A stretch of 64,000 nucleotides of DNA from Camelus dromedarius (lineage: Eukaryota), in the NCBI RefSeq assembly GCF_036321535.1, contig NC_087472.1:95172001-95236000 (forward strand). Reading direction: 5' to 3'. This document shows positions 37,825-51,499 of the stretch, piece by piece. Numbering within the stretch: the first letter of the stretch is position 1; every line of letters starts with the position of its first letter. Position numbers and translations under genes: made by a program. The notes beneath the pieces are model-generated. The model did not search any database, was not told the DNA's origin, and saw only the letters and a list, made by a program, of their open reading frames with translations.

Positions 37825-38478
37825 TGTTCCAGCAATCCCACTCCTGGGCATATATCCGGAGGGAACTCTAATTTCAAAAGATACGTGCACCCCAGTGTTC
37901 ATAGCAGCACTATATACAATAGCCAAGACATGGAAGCAACCTAAATGTCCATCAACAGATGACTCGATAAAGAAGTTGTGGTATATTTATACAATGGAAT
38001 ACTACTCAGCCATAAGAAAAAGAATAAAATAATGCCATTTCCAGCAACATGGATGGACCTGGAGATCATCATTCTAAGTGAAGTAAGCTAGAAAGAGAAA
38101 GAAAAATACCCTATGATATCACTCATGTGGAATTTATAAAGAAAAGGAAAAAGGGGACACTAAATAACTCATCTACAAAACAGAAACAGACTCTCAGACA
38201 TAGTAAACAATCTTATGGTTTTACCAGGGGAAAAGGGGTGGGAAGGGATAAATTTGGGAGTTTGAGATTTGCAAATGTTAACCACTATATATAAAAATAG
38301 ATAAAAAACAAATTTCTTCTGTATAGCACAGGGAACTATAGTCAATATCTTATAAAAACCTTTAATGAAAAAGAATATGAAAATGAGTAGATGTATATAT
38401 ATGCATAACTGGGACATTATGCTGTGCACCAGAAATTGATGCAGTGTAACCAACTATACTTCAATTAAAAAAATAACA
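37825..38478 (+). mobile_element. Young LINE-1 3' end nested in an older L1
   Basis: CCAGCAATCCCACTCCTGGGCATATATCC...AACTATACTTCAATTAAAAAAA. TSD-like AAACATAATGT / AACCATAATGT. Confidence 0.92.
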
Positions 38479-38479
38479 A

Positions 38480-40160
38480 ACCATAATGTGTTACCATTTC
38501 ACAAACACTAGAATGGCTTAAACAAAAACAAAACCCTGACAGCACCAAATGTTGGGAAGTATGCAGTGCAAGTAGGACTCTCATACGTTGCTGATGACAA
38601 CATAAAATGGTACCACCATATTGCAAAATATTAGCGTTTTCTTATGAAGTTAAGCATATTCCTACTCTAGGATTCAGGATGTCCACTAGGTAGTTATCCA
38701 AGTGAAAAGAAAACATATACTGACCAAAATATTTGTACAAGGATGTTTATACCACCTTATCCATGGTAGCTAAAATTCAGATACAGCCCAAATGTCCATC
38801 AACAAGAAAAATACATTATGGTATAATCATGAAATGGAAATATATACTTACAAAACAGTGAACTAATGATATACGTTAACAATAATGACTCTCATAAAGA
38901 GTATATTGATTGAAAGAAGTCAAAAACAAGACTATATTCTAAATGACTCCATTTCTATGATGGTCAAAGAACAAGCAAAGGTAATGTATGGTGACAAAAT
39001 TCAAAGAGGTTGCCAAGGAGGGGTGTGGGTTGACTGTAAGTGGGCATGAAGAAACTTTCTGGGATCAAGGAGATATCCCATTTATTGAATAGGGTAATCA
39101 CTACAGAATTGTAGACATTTATCCAAATTTATCAAACTGTACCCTTCATAACTGAGTATTTCACTCTATGGAAATGCTGCCTCAATGAAGAACTGTAAAC
39201 AAATACTGAAGTCTAGTTAGTAGGTTTTGTTTTTGTAGTGGCATGCATTAGCAACTCTGAAACTAATTGTGTATCCTAGGTGTGAACAAATAAGGATATT
39301 AAAGATAATAGGCGAAAGCTTTTTCATTGTTGGAGAAGAGACATACAGAGATGGAAAGAGAAGACTAGAATAAACTCTAGTGTGGGAATTGGAGTTGTCA
39401 GGTAAATAGATGTGTGTGTGCATCTCTCCTAGTTCAGGCCACTAAAAGAGACAATAGCTCTCCAGCAACATGACATATCTAGCACCTAGATCTCAGTTTC
39501 TGAATACTGTTCTCTACTAAAAGGAAATATAACTCTTTAGAAAAAATGGCTGACACCAGCATTGAGACTGTGCCAGAAAATAATTAAGTGCTCAAAGAAT
39601 CATGAGAACACACCAAAGCACACCAGAGCCAGCTAGGAGGGACTCACACAGGCCAAATCTAGGAAAATTTGAGCATCAAAATAGATAATAGAATAAAGAT
39701 TATAACCCAGTGAACAAAATAAGAATCCATGTTCCAAATTAATATAAATAAGTAAATGAGCAAATAAACGGAGAAGGAAAAGCTCTTCCTCATAGTAGAA
39801 TGCCTACTAGTACATGTAAAGGAATGATGGTGTTAGAATGTCATCGATGAGAGATCAAATTAATGGATGAAAATGGTGAGAGAGGATATTTCCATAGCTT
39901 CAATGCCTCACTCCACAGATTACTCATGAATTACAAAGAAAAAAAATCTTAACAGTCATGAATTCTAGCAGACAGCACTTTAAGTTCAAAATATATGCAT
40001 ACATACGCACATATACACACACTTATAGAGAGAGGGAATGATAAAGGAAAGGGGGCAATATAATATGGAAAGAATTGGCGACTTTGATAAAGAATTTATG
40101 GAGAGATCTACACTAAACCTGTATCTTTCATTTTTGAATTCACATTAAAAATTAAAAGAT
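38480..40160 (+). mobile_element. Old LINE-1 (L1MC/MD/ME-type) ORF2 end and long 3'UTR
   Basis: CACCAAATGTTGGGAAG...CCCAAATGTCCATCAACAAG...GACTCCATTTCTATGATGGTCAAAGAACAAGCAAA. Confidence 0.75.
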
Positions 40161-40263
40161 AAAGTGCCAGCAAGGTTCTGTTTCCACAATAGAAGTGAAA
40201 ACCTACTGCAGCCCATCCAGCCACTGGTAACAAGCTCTCTGGACAAAATATAAAAAACAACTA

Positions 40264-40458
40264 CCTGTTGACAATTTGTCATCTTTGAAAAATGTCTGTT
40301 TAGGCCCTCTGCCCATTTTTAATGAGATTTTTTTTATGTTGACAGATGGTTATTAGACCTAATGTCATCATTTTGTAATGTATTAAATGCCCAATCACTT
40401 CTTGTACACCTGAAACTAACATAATATTGTATGTCAACTATACTTCCACTGAAAAAAA
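40264..40458 (+). mobile_element. Short twin-primed LINE-1 insertion (inverted ORF2 piece plus 3' tail)
   Basis: Antisense ORF2 at ~40264-40335, then the sense tail TGTACACCTGAAACTAACATAATATTGTATGTCAACTATACTTC. Degenerate TSD AAAAAACAACTACCTG / AAAAAGCAACCATCTG. Confidence 0.82.
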
Positions 40459-41871
40459 GCAACCATCTGAGGGCTCTGGAAAGTAAAGAAAAGGAAAAAG
40501 ACTGTGGAAGGGAAGTCAAAACACGGTAAAGCAACCTGTTAGGAGGATTCTGTATTTGGCTTGTTTCACAACTGTCTTTACAGTTTTGCTTTATTTTCAC
40601 ATAAACAAAACAGGAAATCACACATAACCTATCATGGCTGTAGTTTATTAAAAAAAAAAAAAAAAGCAAAGGCAAATTCCCCATGGTGGGATTAAACTCA
40701 AAGGTTAGCAAATAGATGCTTATCTCTTATCATTTGAGTAAATAAACTTTTAAAGGTTATAGCTCGTACATATTTTATTACTCCTCATTTTAACAACTTT
40801 TTCAGTTACCCCAAAACTTTTGGCTATAATCAGTGTGATATGAAAGAGTTCCTCCTCTACTAATAAATTCATCTAGCAACAAAGATAATTTAAAAATTTG
40901 GTATTCAGTTGATATAAGAATTTTTCATTTGTAAAATTTCATGAAGATTATGCTTAAACAGTGTATTGTACTTTCCAACTTTAATAAAAGGAATTGCTTA
41001 AATATTTTATTGCATGTCGAAATCTGTTAGATTAAAACAATTAACTTGAAAATGTAATATTACAGAAGAATAAAAATGCCAAAAAGTCAAAGTGAATGCT
41101 AGCCTTTCTGGTTTTGAATGTCTGCTCTTTGTAATGCTTGGAGGAAGGTTGGCTGTTTAACAGAACGATGAGTTACTATTTGATCAGAATCCTTGCAAAT
41201 GCCAAAGTATAATTTTTCAATAAAGGCCTAGGAAAAACATAAGTAAATTTTTCAATCAAATATAAAGTATTTAAATTTCATTATAGGTATTATCATTATT
41301 GTTGCTTGATTTTTTTTTTTTTAACCAAGCATCACGACCATAATTTCCATGTGACTACAGCCCTAAAATCACTGTTACTGAGAGGAGATCTTGAAAATGT
41401 GCTGTTTTTCCTGTTGGGTCTGGAGAAAGCAATTACCTTGATTTCCTATACATTCATAGAGGACAGATATTAAGATGCAGATCATTGTAAGAACTGATCA
41501 TAAATTATAACCAAAACCCCTACATGGTTGTGGAAAGAGAACACTAAGAATTGAGTGAGTCTTCTAATGAATGACTTGGCGGACAAGATGGAAGATTGGT
41601 TAGAGCAAGTTAAGTTCTAAAGTGATGTTTCAAATTACCTGGGCATTTTAACTAATCATCAGAATAAAATGTAACCTGAGGAGCTAGTCTATATCTAATT
41701 TAGATATTCTCTAATACTTGAAAATTGCACAATGTTTGGATGCTATGTTAGATAACAGTGATGAAGACTATGTAAGGCTATCCAACATATTTCTAAATTT
41801 TTTTCTGATCCATGATGTACTGAAAAACACTCCAGCTTCTCTTCAAACCTAATTAACTTAATTTGTATTAG

Positions 41872-41980
41872 TAAAAATAGAAGGGATGTATGTTCCTGTA
41901 TGACGGAAGTATTGTGCTGTACACCAGAAATTGACAGAACACTGTAAACTGACTATACTTCAATAAAAATATATTTTTAA
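41872..41980 (+). mobile_element. Very short LINE-1 3' tail
   Basis: TGCTGTACACCAGAAATTGACAGAACACTGTAAACTGACTATACTTCAATAAAAA, flanked by TAATTTGTA repeats. Confidence 0.8.
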
Positions 41981-42958
41981 AAATCTAATTTGTACGTAAT
42001 TCAAAATCCCCCTTTTTATATCCTTGTAAACTTAGAATATGCTTTCAAGAAACAGTAATCAGTCATGAGTTGTTTCAAATTCCTTTTTCTTCATTCCTTT
42101 CTGCAACATTTCCAAAGTCCTCTGAGATCCAATACTAGGTTTGCATTTGAAAACCTCAGTAGCCCAAGCCTCCACCTCTGTAACTCTTATTTCTTTGCAT
42201 CCTTCATTTATTCTGCTTTCCCTGGTGTATTTTTCAGATGCTGGTGCTTCTTGTCTTTAAAGTGCAACTAGATTTTTAAACCCAGTTCATCCCTCCAGAG
42301 CTTCCCTCAACAAAGAGTTATACAGCCTCCTGGGATCAGTACAGAAAACATTCTAATAAAACAGAACAAGTTCAAGACTTTTCACTGGGGCTGCATCTGA
42401 AGAGGGCCTGTAAACCCTTATTGAAGAGATCACTGTGGGGAAAATCGAGTTAGAGTTCTGTGAGAAAAGGGAAAAAATTGAGCTCCCCAAGTCAAGGAAA
42501 TGAAATATTCAAAAAGGTAACACATGTAGATTAGCTTCAAACAAAATACAGAAATTGTATCTGAACATGAAAGATGGCAGGAAAAAAATTTTAATTTCTA
42601 TGCAATACTGAAATAAGGATTGAAAACAACATTCAGTAAAAACATTTACTTGGCCCATATAAGAAAAACTATATATATACACATACATATATATACACAC
42701 ACACATACACACACACATCAATTAACCTTTATATATAGTTAAGGTTTAATGAGGCATAAAATATTTCTATAAGAGTTCTAGTCTTAATATAAAATAGATT
42801 AGTGCTTTTAGCCACAGAGTACCAAAACAAAACTATTTCACAATTGAGACTTTGATATAATCTAATCCAAGGATGAGCCTACAAAGAGTCTGCTAAACTT
42901 CAAAAAATTCTTAAACTAATCCTTAAATTGAAAACTGACAAATTGTATTCTAGTGATT

Positions 42959-43156
42959 TTTTTAAATAGAAGTATAGTCAATTTACAATGTTGTGTTAGT
43001 TTCTGATGTACAGCATAGTGATTCAGATATAGATATAGATATAGATATAGATATATTCCTTTTCATTCTTTTCCATTATGGGCTATTACAAGATATTGAA
43101 TATAGTTCCCTTTGGTATACAGTAGGACCTTGTTGTTTATCTGTTCTATATGTAGA
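42959..43156 (-). mobile_element. LINE-1 3' tail with perfect 14-bp TSD and an internal (ATATAG)n repeat
   Basis: GTATTCTAGTGATT at 42945 and 43157. Antisense tail GAAGTATAGTCAATTTACAATGTTGTGTTAGTTTCTGATGTACAGC. Confidence 0.9.
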
Positions 43157-43959
43157 GTATTCTAGTGATTGAGTGCTTTATTTATATATAAGCTTTAAAT
43201 TAAAAAAAAATTTCAGTATGTGTAACATGTTATTTTTACTCCCAGACCTCATTCAAAAACCTAGCCATTTGTCTAAAAAAATCCTCTGCAGCATTTAAAT
43301 TAAATCTCTCTCCATCCTTATGCAGCAAAGACTATCCATTTGCTAAAATAAATATTTTCCTAAATGAAATAAATTATTCAATCACTATAAAAGATTATCT
43401 TCCTTGTGACAAAAAACAAAAACAAAAACACAGCCATATCAAGCTACCAATCTGTTAGGGCAATGCATCATCATAATGATAAACAAATTACTGTCCTTGG
43501 TAAATTCAATGAATACTATTTAAAAGGAGGACTGAAGCCAAATAGGAATTACTAATAGAGATAAAGCAGGGAGTTAGCAAGGTCCTTTGAAGTTGAACAT
43601 ACGCATTTTAACAGGCATTATCAGCCTTCCATGTTTTTAAGAATGATGCATTAGGCACCACTGAATACTCAAGGGAGAGCCTTTAAGGCGTTTCACAAAG
43701 TATGACCTAGTTTTAATGTGAGTATTTATCAGGGGGTATTAACATCATGCTTTAAAATAATCATAACAATAGAATAAAGCACATTGGTCTATCAACACAT
43801 TTATTCAACAACTATCTATAATGTGTAAGGGGCCGTCAAAGTCTGTTCTAGAGCTCAAGTCTAAAATTTGTTTTGTTTTCCTCCAAACAGAAAGTTCTTC
43901 ATGTTTTAGGACATCAGAAACTCTTAAGTTGGTAATCAAGAGACTTTGTCCTTTTCAAA

Positions 43960-44321
43960 ATTTGTTACTTTGTTACTGAAATATATAATAATATATAAAA
44001 GGACATATTTCTTAAGTTTACATCTCACTGAATCTTCACCAAGTATACAACTCTATAACCAACGCCAGATTAAGAAACAGAACATTACATACATCCCAGC
44101 AGCTCTTTATACCCCCTGCCAGTCATCCCACCTCCACAGGTAACCACTAGCCTTCCTCTAACGGGATAAGCTTTACCCTGATGTTGTACTTTATGTAACA
44201 GAAGCATTCACTATGGGCTCTTTTGTCACCAGCTTCTTCCCGTAGTACTGTAAGCGGCATTCAGCTGCATGGCTGCATGTATTTAGATTGTTCATTTTCA
44301 TTGCTGTATAGTATTCTACCA

Positions 44322-44374
<53 letters not shown>

Positions 44375-44535
44375 CGGAGAGTGTGTGTGTGTGTTATATA
44401 TTCCTCTTTTTTTGGAAAGGTGAGTGGTTTTGGTTTGGAGCTATTACAAGTAGTGATGCTAGGAACATTCTAATGCGTACCTTTTGGTGAGTACGTAAGT
44501 ATACAACTAGGAATGGAATTGCTAGATCATATATC
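43960..44535 (-). mobile_element. Ancient LINE-1 (L1ME-like) 3' end
   Basis: CCAGATTAAGAAACAGAACATTAC...TTCATTTTCATTGCTGTATAGTATTC...GGAATGGAATTGCTAGATCAT. Confidence 0.75.
44325..44393. repeat. (TG)n(AG)n(TG)n compound microsatellite
   Basis: Read directly from the sequence. Confidence 0.95.
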
Positions 44536-45639
44536 CTTATTACTTTGTAAATATATTTTCAAAATTGAAAAATGGGAAAAAAAACAATCTAGAAAAAACC
44601 CAAATCACTTAAAAGCTCACCACTTACAGAAATATACAAAGTAAGAACTTAAAGGGACCTAACTCTAACCTATTTCTTACCATGTGTCAGATACCACATT
44701 TAGCAACCTGACATGACTCGTCCAGACTTTTTCTGTGCTGTGTGGTATTAATAAAGGCAGAACAATTATTAAAAGTGACAGTCAGGAGTGAAATTCTACC
44801 ATGTGTTGAGTGAGAATATTAATTCGCATTTCAAAAATACCTAGTCACCAAAGTACAGGCAGGATTTCTGACCACATCATTGTAATTGAACTAAGAAGTA
44901 CACACCGTGAGACTGGGAGGCTATTGCTGTCTTCACTGGTAGAGCAAACAGCTCTAGAAATGAGTTTACTGACATTTTAAAGTGCTTTCAGTGATCTTAT
45001 AATTTGAATTGCACTCAACTCTGATCTCTGACAGCTATAGCAAAGTTTTACAGATTTATGGGTATTTATCATACAAGCATCAGAGTGCAAGAACTTCCAA
45101 TTTAAATTCTAGTAGACAGACATCACCAGAAAAATAAACTTAAATTCATCATCTTCAATTTCCTCAGTTTGCAACCCATTTTAAAAGTTTTTAAAAAAAA
45201 TTTAAATCTAAATATTTGGCACTATCTCTTTATATAAGGAGATATATCAACAATGAGATCCTTAAAAAACACCCTCCCCCCCAAAAAAACCCACTTCTTT
45301 TCTGATAGACAAATATTTTAAAGTATTCCTACCACTTTAAATTTGCAAATGACCTAATCGTTCTCACCTTGGTTTCTTGCTTACATAAAAAGCAGTTCTG
45401 TTTTCTCCCATTACTTAAACCTTGTTTTTTTAAGTTACACTACTTAAATCTTGAGTAAATGACAGCTCTTGGTGGAAGCTCACTTGGTTCTCTTATTCTC
45501 TATTCTTTTCCTTTATTTTGGAATTTTCTAACCATTTTGAACTATCAGAAGAAAATAGAAGATAATATCTTACTTTTTAATTTTAGACCCAGCTGCAAAT
45601 ATTTTGAAGCCTCTTTGTGCTTTCAGATAAATTACTGTA

Positions 45640-45826
45640 CAGTTGACCCTTGAACAATGTGGGTTTGAACTTCCTCGATCCACTGATACGTGGATATTTT
45701 TCAGTAGTAAATACTACAGTGCTACACGTTCCATGGTGGATTGAACATGAGGATGATGAGGAAGCCTGGATATGGAAGGCCAACTTTAAATTATTCATGG
45801 ATCATATGTTGTTCAAGGGTTAACTG
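45640..45826. mobile_element. Tc1/mariner Tigger2-derived MITE
   Basis: TIRs CAGTTGACCCTTGAACAA ... TTGTTCAAGGGTTAACTG, with a TA target duplication on both sides (45638-39 and 45827-28). Confidence 0.9.
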
Positions 45827-46029
45827 TATTGTGCAAATGGTTAATTCCTCCAAAGTAGCCTTAGAAGTGTCCTAGTGTCTAAGATAAGATCCTCTGTCTC
45901 TTTCTCCCGAAGTTACCTGCAGATGCAAATCTTACTTTAAAGAAAAACTGACATTTCAGAGTTTTAAAAACAATTCCCACTGAAACCTAACTGAATACTT
46001 TTTGTAAGAAAAGTACATTTTCTTTTATA

Positions 46030-46295
46030 CCTGAAATTTATTGAGTGCTTACATATACCATATCTAACCCAAGTCCTTGTAGGTATAATCTCAATTACTC
46101 CTCATCTCAAAAAAGGAAGGAAAGCTATAAAATAAATCATTATTATTGTAGTTGATATTCTCATTTAATAAATAAAATAAGGTACAGTGAAGTTAATTAA
46201 CTTTCCTAAGACCATGCACTATCACATATTGGGGCCAAGATGTGATGCCATGCAGAGTGACAACGAAGTTCACCTACTTAACCACCATGCCCTGT
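46030..46295 (-). mobile_element. MIR SINE
   Basis: TTTATTGAGTGCTTAC...TAAGGTACAGTGAAGTTAATTAACTTTCCTAAGACCA...TACTTAACCACCATGC. Confidence 0.7.
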
Positions 46296-47189
46296 TGCTT
46301 CCCAGATTTGTACATATGTCTGTATATTCAAAATACTTCTAATTTATTCACTGCTCCCACAAAGGACTCTCCAGAACACTAAGAAATATCTTCAACACCC
46401 ACAACCTAGAACAATTACTTTTAGGCAGCACCAATTTCCCTAGGGATTGGTTTGTCAAAAAAAACTAAGATGGTTCATCGATACCAACTGAACATCTTAA
46501 TACCAATGGCCCCTACGTGCATATTCCAAAGGAAGAGGGATCCATTTAGGCATCCAAAGTCCAAGGAAAAGATCAGCAACTTGGATATGTATTAGTAGTT
46601 AAAGAGGAAGAACAAAATGTGTCCAAGATTCAGGGGAAGCAAATAAGGTCAAGAACAGATCAGCAGTACCTAAGTACCTAAAGCTCAGAAAGGATGTACG
46701 CGAACCTACAAGACACATATCTTTCCTACTCATTACCCCAGAGTCAATGCCAAGTAAGCCTGCCTAATTAAGCCTAGTGTAATCACATACTCATAGTCTG
46801 CATGGGCAAGAGGCCAACCCCTTTTACAAGGTTTTCCTAATACATGCTAGCATGGGCGCCCTGGAAGAAAGATGGGGACAAATCAAACACTGTAATACAC
46901 TTTCAGTGGGGAAAAGGGGCAAAACCAAGTGTCAGAGCCACTCCAGGTAAACTTCCCCTTCTTACCGGTTTTACACTGAGGAATACTGAGTATTAATGGA
47001 GTCACAGTATTACTGGGATTTCATAAAGTTTAGGGATGCAAATCTCTAAATAACTTGCTTACCACCCGCTCCACTGCTTTTTTCCCTCTCCTTTCCCAAT
47101 CAGAAATCAATAAAGGAAAGTAAGAAAAGAGGTGGAAAGGTGGAAAGGCTGACCTCCTGCTGGGCAAGTCTAGAATAGCTTTCACCGAA

Positions 47190-47440
47190 TGGCAGAATGG
47201 AAGAGGACTAGAGTATGGAGATTAGATGTGTCCACTGAACAAAAGGGGTCTATTCAGACCAGCTGATCACTGTGTCCAAGCTATGCAATGTTCTAGGGCA
47301 AATGACTTCATAGTTGTGTGCCTCAGTTTCCTTATTTGGAAAAATAGAAGTTACAGTGCTTTTTTCACAGGGTTATGAGGAATGGAAATAAGGAATTTAA
47401 CAGTATCTGGTATATGTTAAGCACTCAAAGATGTCAGCTG
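47190..47440 (+). mobile_element. MIR SINE
   Basis: GGGCAAATGACTT...GTGCCTCAGTTTCCTTATTTGGAAAAATAG...AAGCACTCAAAGATGTCAGCT. Confidence 0.75.
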
Positions 47441-48084
47441 ACTCAGCTCTTCTTTCTCTGAACACACATACAAATCTTTATGCCTCTCTTAAGGCATAAT
47501 TTACCTCCTCCTTGCATTATAGTTATTTCTGTACTTATTATATTTTATGTTATGAATGTTGCTCAATTTGTATTTTGCAACATATTTAATGTAAATTAAA
47601 GTAAGTATAGTTTTGGTTACCAATAAGTATTTTTAAACGTTTTGTCACCTTTAACTCATAACTTATTGGCACATTGAAATCCCATACAATGGACAATTCA
47701 AGAGATGAAAGTTAAAAATTTTTTAAATACTTTTTAAAAGTATGTAAATGAACACTGTGTCAAAAACTCAGATTCTCAAATGGAAGAAAATGTTTTGAAA
47801 TATTAATTTTACATAAGCCTGGGAATATATTCTTAAGATACAGAATAAACATTTTTAAAGTAGCTACTGAAAACTTACAGTGAGTAAGGGCTTGTGTTGG
47901 GTGCTGAATGATACGATAATTATAGTAAAGGCACAGATAAGGAAACAAACTTGGTATCATTCTTGACAAGACACTGAAGTCTGAAACCATGGAATGAGAA
48001 GAAATGAGATGCCAATAAGACGATGTGAGATTTTTTACTCTAATACTATCAGATGTCAGTATTGTATCAGATACTCTTGCATAA

Positions 48085-48345
48085 TATCTGCATTAGTTAA
48101 AGACCACCACCTGCTTCAGGAAATAACCCCCAGACCCCAGTAGCTTACCCAGTCAATGTTTATTGCTCTCTCATGCAGTGTCCTGGCCAGGAGGTTCTCT
48201 TCCAAGTAGTGACCGAAGGATCCAGTCTCTAACCACCTAATGGCTGTGCATCTGGCTGGCTGATAAAGAGAAAAGAACATGCAGAATGGTAAGGGAAAAT
48301 TAAGAGCACTGGCCTAGAAATGTAGCCCAATATATTGTCTAAAGC
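48085..48345 (-). mobile_element. Old MaLR LTR fragment (MLT1J/K-like)
   Basis: AATAACCCCCAGACCCCAGTAGCTTA...GTTTATTGCTCTCTCATG...GGCCTAGAAATGTAGCCC. Confidence 0.5.
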
Positions 48346-48439
48346 TAATCGAAAGTCTCCACCCATATGCAAATATGTTGAAATAAGAATATGCAATAAT
48401 AAGCAATGAATGTATATATGCAGAGTTAAGGATCTTACA

Positions 48440-50400
48440 TTATTAAATATCAAATTTAAACTCCAGAAAATGAGACTGAGAGTTCTCAAAAAATACAGAG
48501 CAACTGACAGTGTACTAAAAAGTGTGGAAAACTGCTAAGTGGAATGCAGAATGAATCCAAAAGCTTCAGTGTCCATATACTGGGGCTTCCAAAATGACAA
48601 CAAAGAAAGACTTGAGAGAGAAAATACAATGCTTAGGAACTTCTCCAAGCTGATAATATTTGCTACTGTCTAGATTGAAACAACCAAAACTATAATGCAA
48701 AGCAGGAACTTAAAACCCATTTCTAGGCACATCAGAGTGTAGTTTCAAACCAAAGATACTAGGAAAAGTCAGATTACTTATAATAGAAAAATAAAACTGT
48801 AATTGAGCTTCTAGTCAGAAACATATGACAAAGAAAGTCTGTGAAGAGAGCTTAAAATTAAGAGATAAAAAGAAAAATTTCAAACATAACAATTGTATAT
48901 ATCACTGAAGAGTGACAGAAAGACCACCATTTTCATACATACAAAAACTCAAAAATGTTACCATTAAAGAACAGATTCTGAAAGAGAAAATGAAACATGC
49001 ATTTCAACAAAAACGGAAGTGAAACTAGAAAAAGGAATAGGGTACAAGAAGCAATGGTAAACAAAGCAAATCAAAACATCTGCAACTCATTAAATCTAAG
49101 TAAATAAGTAAAATATCACGCTAGTAAAAATCTGGAACCAAAATTCTAAATAGTAGAAGCATTAGAATTTGAAATCACAAGAGGAAAGGGCAGACAATAA
49201 TGTAACCATGCTGAGTTTTTTGTCTTATATGCTGGAGCGTTATAACTATAGATTTACTAGAAAATTACAAGAAGATAAATACTTAAAAATTTAACAGCAA
49301 TTTGTAGGATAAAAATTAAAATAGAAAACTAGAATGGAAAATTTATATTTGAAAATAGGACATGAAAAGAAAGAAACAGATTCAGTAAATCCAACAAAAC
49401 ACCAAAAAGGGAGGAAGGAGAAAATATAGAAAGCGTACTACTACGCAGAAAAGAAATAACAGAAGTTGGGAAGATTAAATTAAAATCATAGCATATATGA
49501 AAAGTTCAAAATCTCCCCTTAAATCCTCGTAATAAATTTAAAACGAATGGAGGAAAACAACTTTGGTAGGCTGAATATAAAGGAATCAGAAAATATATAC
49601 CAAAACAGTTAAAATGAAAAAAAAAAAATAATGTTGTAGATGTATTATTAAGCAAAAAAAAAAAAAAAAGTATGATGGAGTATCATCTCATACTGACAAA
49701 TGGAGTGTTTTATCTAGATGATAAGACAGTCATGGACTTTATTCATTAAACAAAATCATTTTTAAATGTGTAAAGCATAAACTCATGTAATTCACGGACA
49801 ATTTAGTAAATTAACAATAACTGTGGGAGACATTAACACAACTCTTATCAGAAATCATTAAGTCAGGGGTACAAAAAAACAACAAAGTTCTCAAACTTGA
49901 ATTACAGCATTAATAAGCTTGACTATACACAGTTACAAAACTGCAATAAAATCCCATATATCCTCAAATATGTATCAATATTTATAAAAGTAGACTAAAT
50001 ATCAATGACAAAAAATCTCAGCAGTCCAGAAGAATGACTATCACACAGGAGAACTCAACAACCAAAACAGTGACCAAAAATAATATATCAAGATACATGA
50101 TAACATACTTCTAAATTATTCAGGAGGATCAAAAATGGAAGTTAAAAATGATTTAGAACTAAATGACAGCCAAAATTCTATACATCCTAAACTGTTGGAT
50201 GTAGTAAGTGACAGAGGGAAATTTCTATCCTGAAATATGTAAATTAGAAAAATTTTTAGCTACTAACACTAGAGATGAGAAAAATAGTGACAAACTTAAA
50301 ATTGAACAAATTAATGAAGTGAAAAGCAGAAATTAACAGAGTAGGATTTTTAAAAGACTCATAAACATCTCAATCTGAATAATTGGAAAGAGAAAATTGG
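48440..50400 (+). mobile_element. Ancient LINE-1 ORF1/ORF2 remnant
   Basis: A-rich sense L1, e.g. ACAATAACTGTGGGAGACATTAACACAACTCTTATCAG (endonuclease GDFNT-like) and AAACTGTTGGATGTAG...AGAGGGAAATTT. Confidence 0.7.
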
Positions 50401-50809
50401 CAAGTGTATTGGGAACTTTATAAGCCACTTCTCACGACATCTAGGCCCACCTTTAACTCTAGGTGTTACTACAAAGATCAGTACTGCTGGCAGTGCTGTC
50501 GGCTTCACCCAGCTTCCCCTCTGGTTGATGAAAGGCAGGAGCCCCTCATCTCTTCTCTTAGGGGTGAATTCACAACATGCTAGCATTTCTCCCCCAAGTA
50601 CTTACACAAGTACTAACCGTTTCTCAACTGCTAACTGAAACGAGGCCAGAATTAAACGATAAATAGTGACAGACCAGAAGAAAAGCCTTTAATTTGGGTT
50701 TCATTCATATTATTAATGAATATTATAGTTAATATTTATTAGTATTAACTAAAATTATTAAAATATGTTTATTTATTTTACAAATATATATATATATATA
50801 TAGTGCTAA

Positions 50810-51258
50810 ATGATTAGCACCGCAAATCCTTCTCAAACTCTTCCCAAAAACTGAGGAGGAAACAACACTCCCCAATTCATTTCACAAGGCCAGCATTACC
50901 CCGATATCAAGGCCAGATAAGGACACCACAGGGAAAAAACAGAACAAACAAAAAACTACAAGCCAATATCCCTGATGAATATAGATGCCAAATACTAGCA
51001 AATCTAATTCAACAGTATATTTAAAAGATCGTACACCGTGATCAAGTGGGAGTCATCCCTGGGATGCAAGGATGGTTCAATATATGCAAACCAATAAATG
51101 TGATCACCACATGAATAGAATGAAAGTTAAAAATCATATGATCATCTAAGAGATGCAGAAAAGGCATGTGACAAAATTCAAAATCGATTCATAATACAAT
51201 CTCTCAACAAGTTGGGTATAGAAGGAATGTACTTCAACATAATAAAGGCCTTATATAC
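50810..51258 (+). mobile_element. LINE-1 ORF2 reverse-transcriptase fragment
   Basis: Encodes recognisable ILLKLF..EEE..LPNSF..ASIT, NY.PISLMNIDAK and HDQVG.IPGMQGWFNI motifs. Confidence 0.9.
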
Positions 51259-51499
51259 ATAACTCTGTTCATTAGCAGACATTTTACTGTTGCAATGATT
51301 TTTATTTTCCTATAAAATCACTGAAGAGAGGACTTTGCTGATCAACACTCAGATAACAAGACCCAGGACACTTGGTTACTGTTGGCACATTGTATGTTGG
51401 TAAAGGCCCAGAGAAGCATCTAAAAGGACATCTACCAGTCACGTATGTGGATACTAATAGGGTAAGTATCTGTGTCAGTGTGGGATCAGTTTTGATTTA

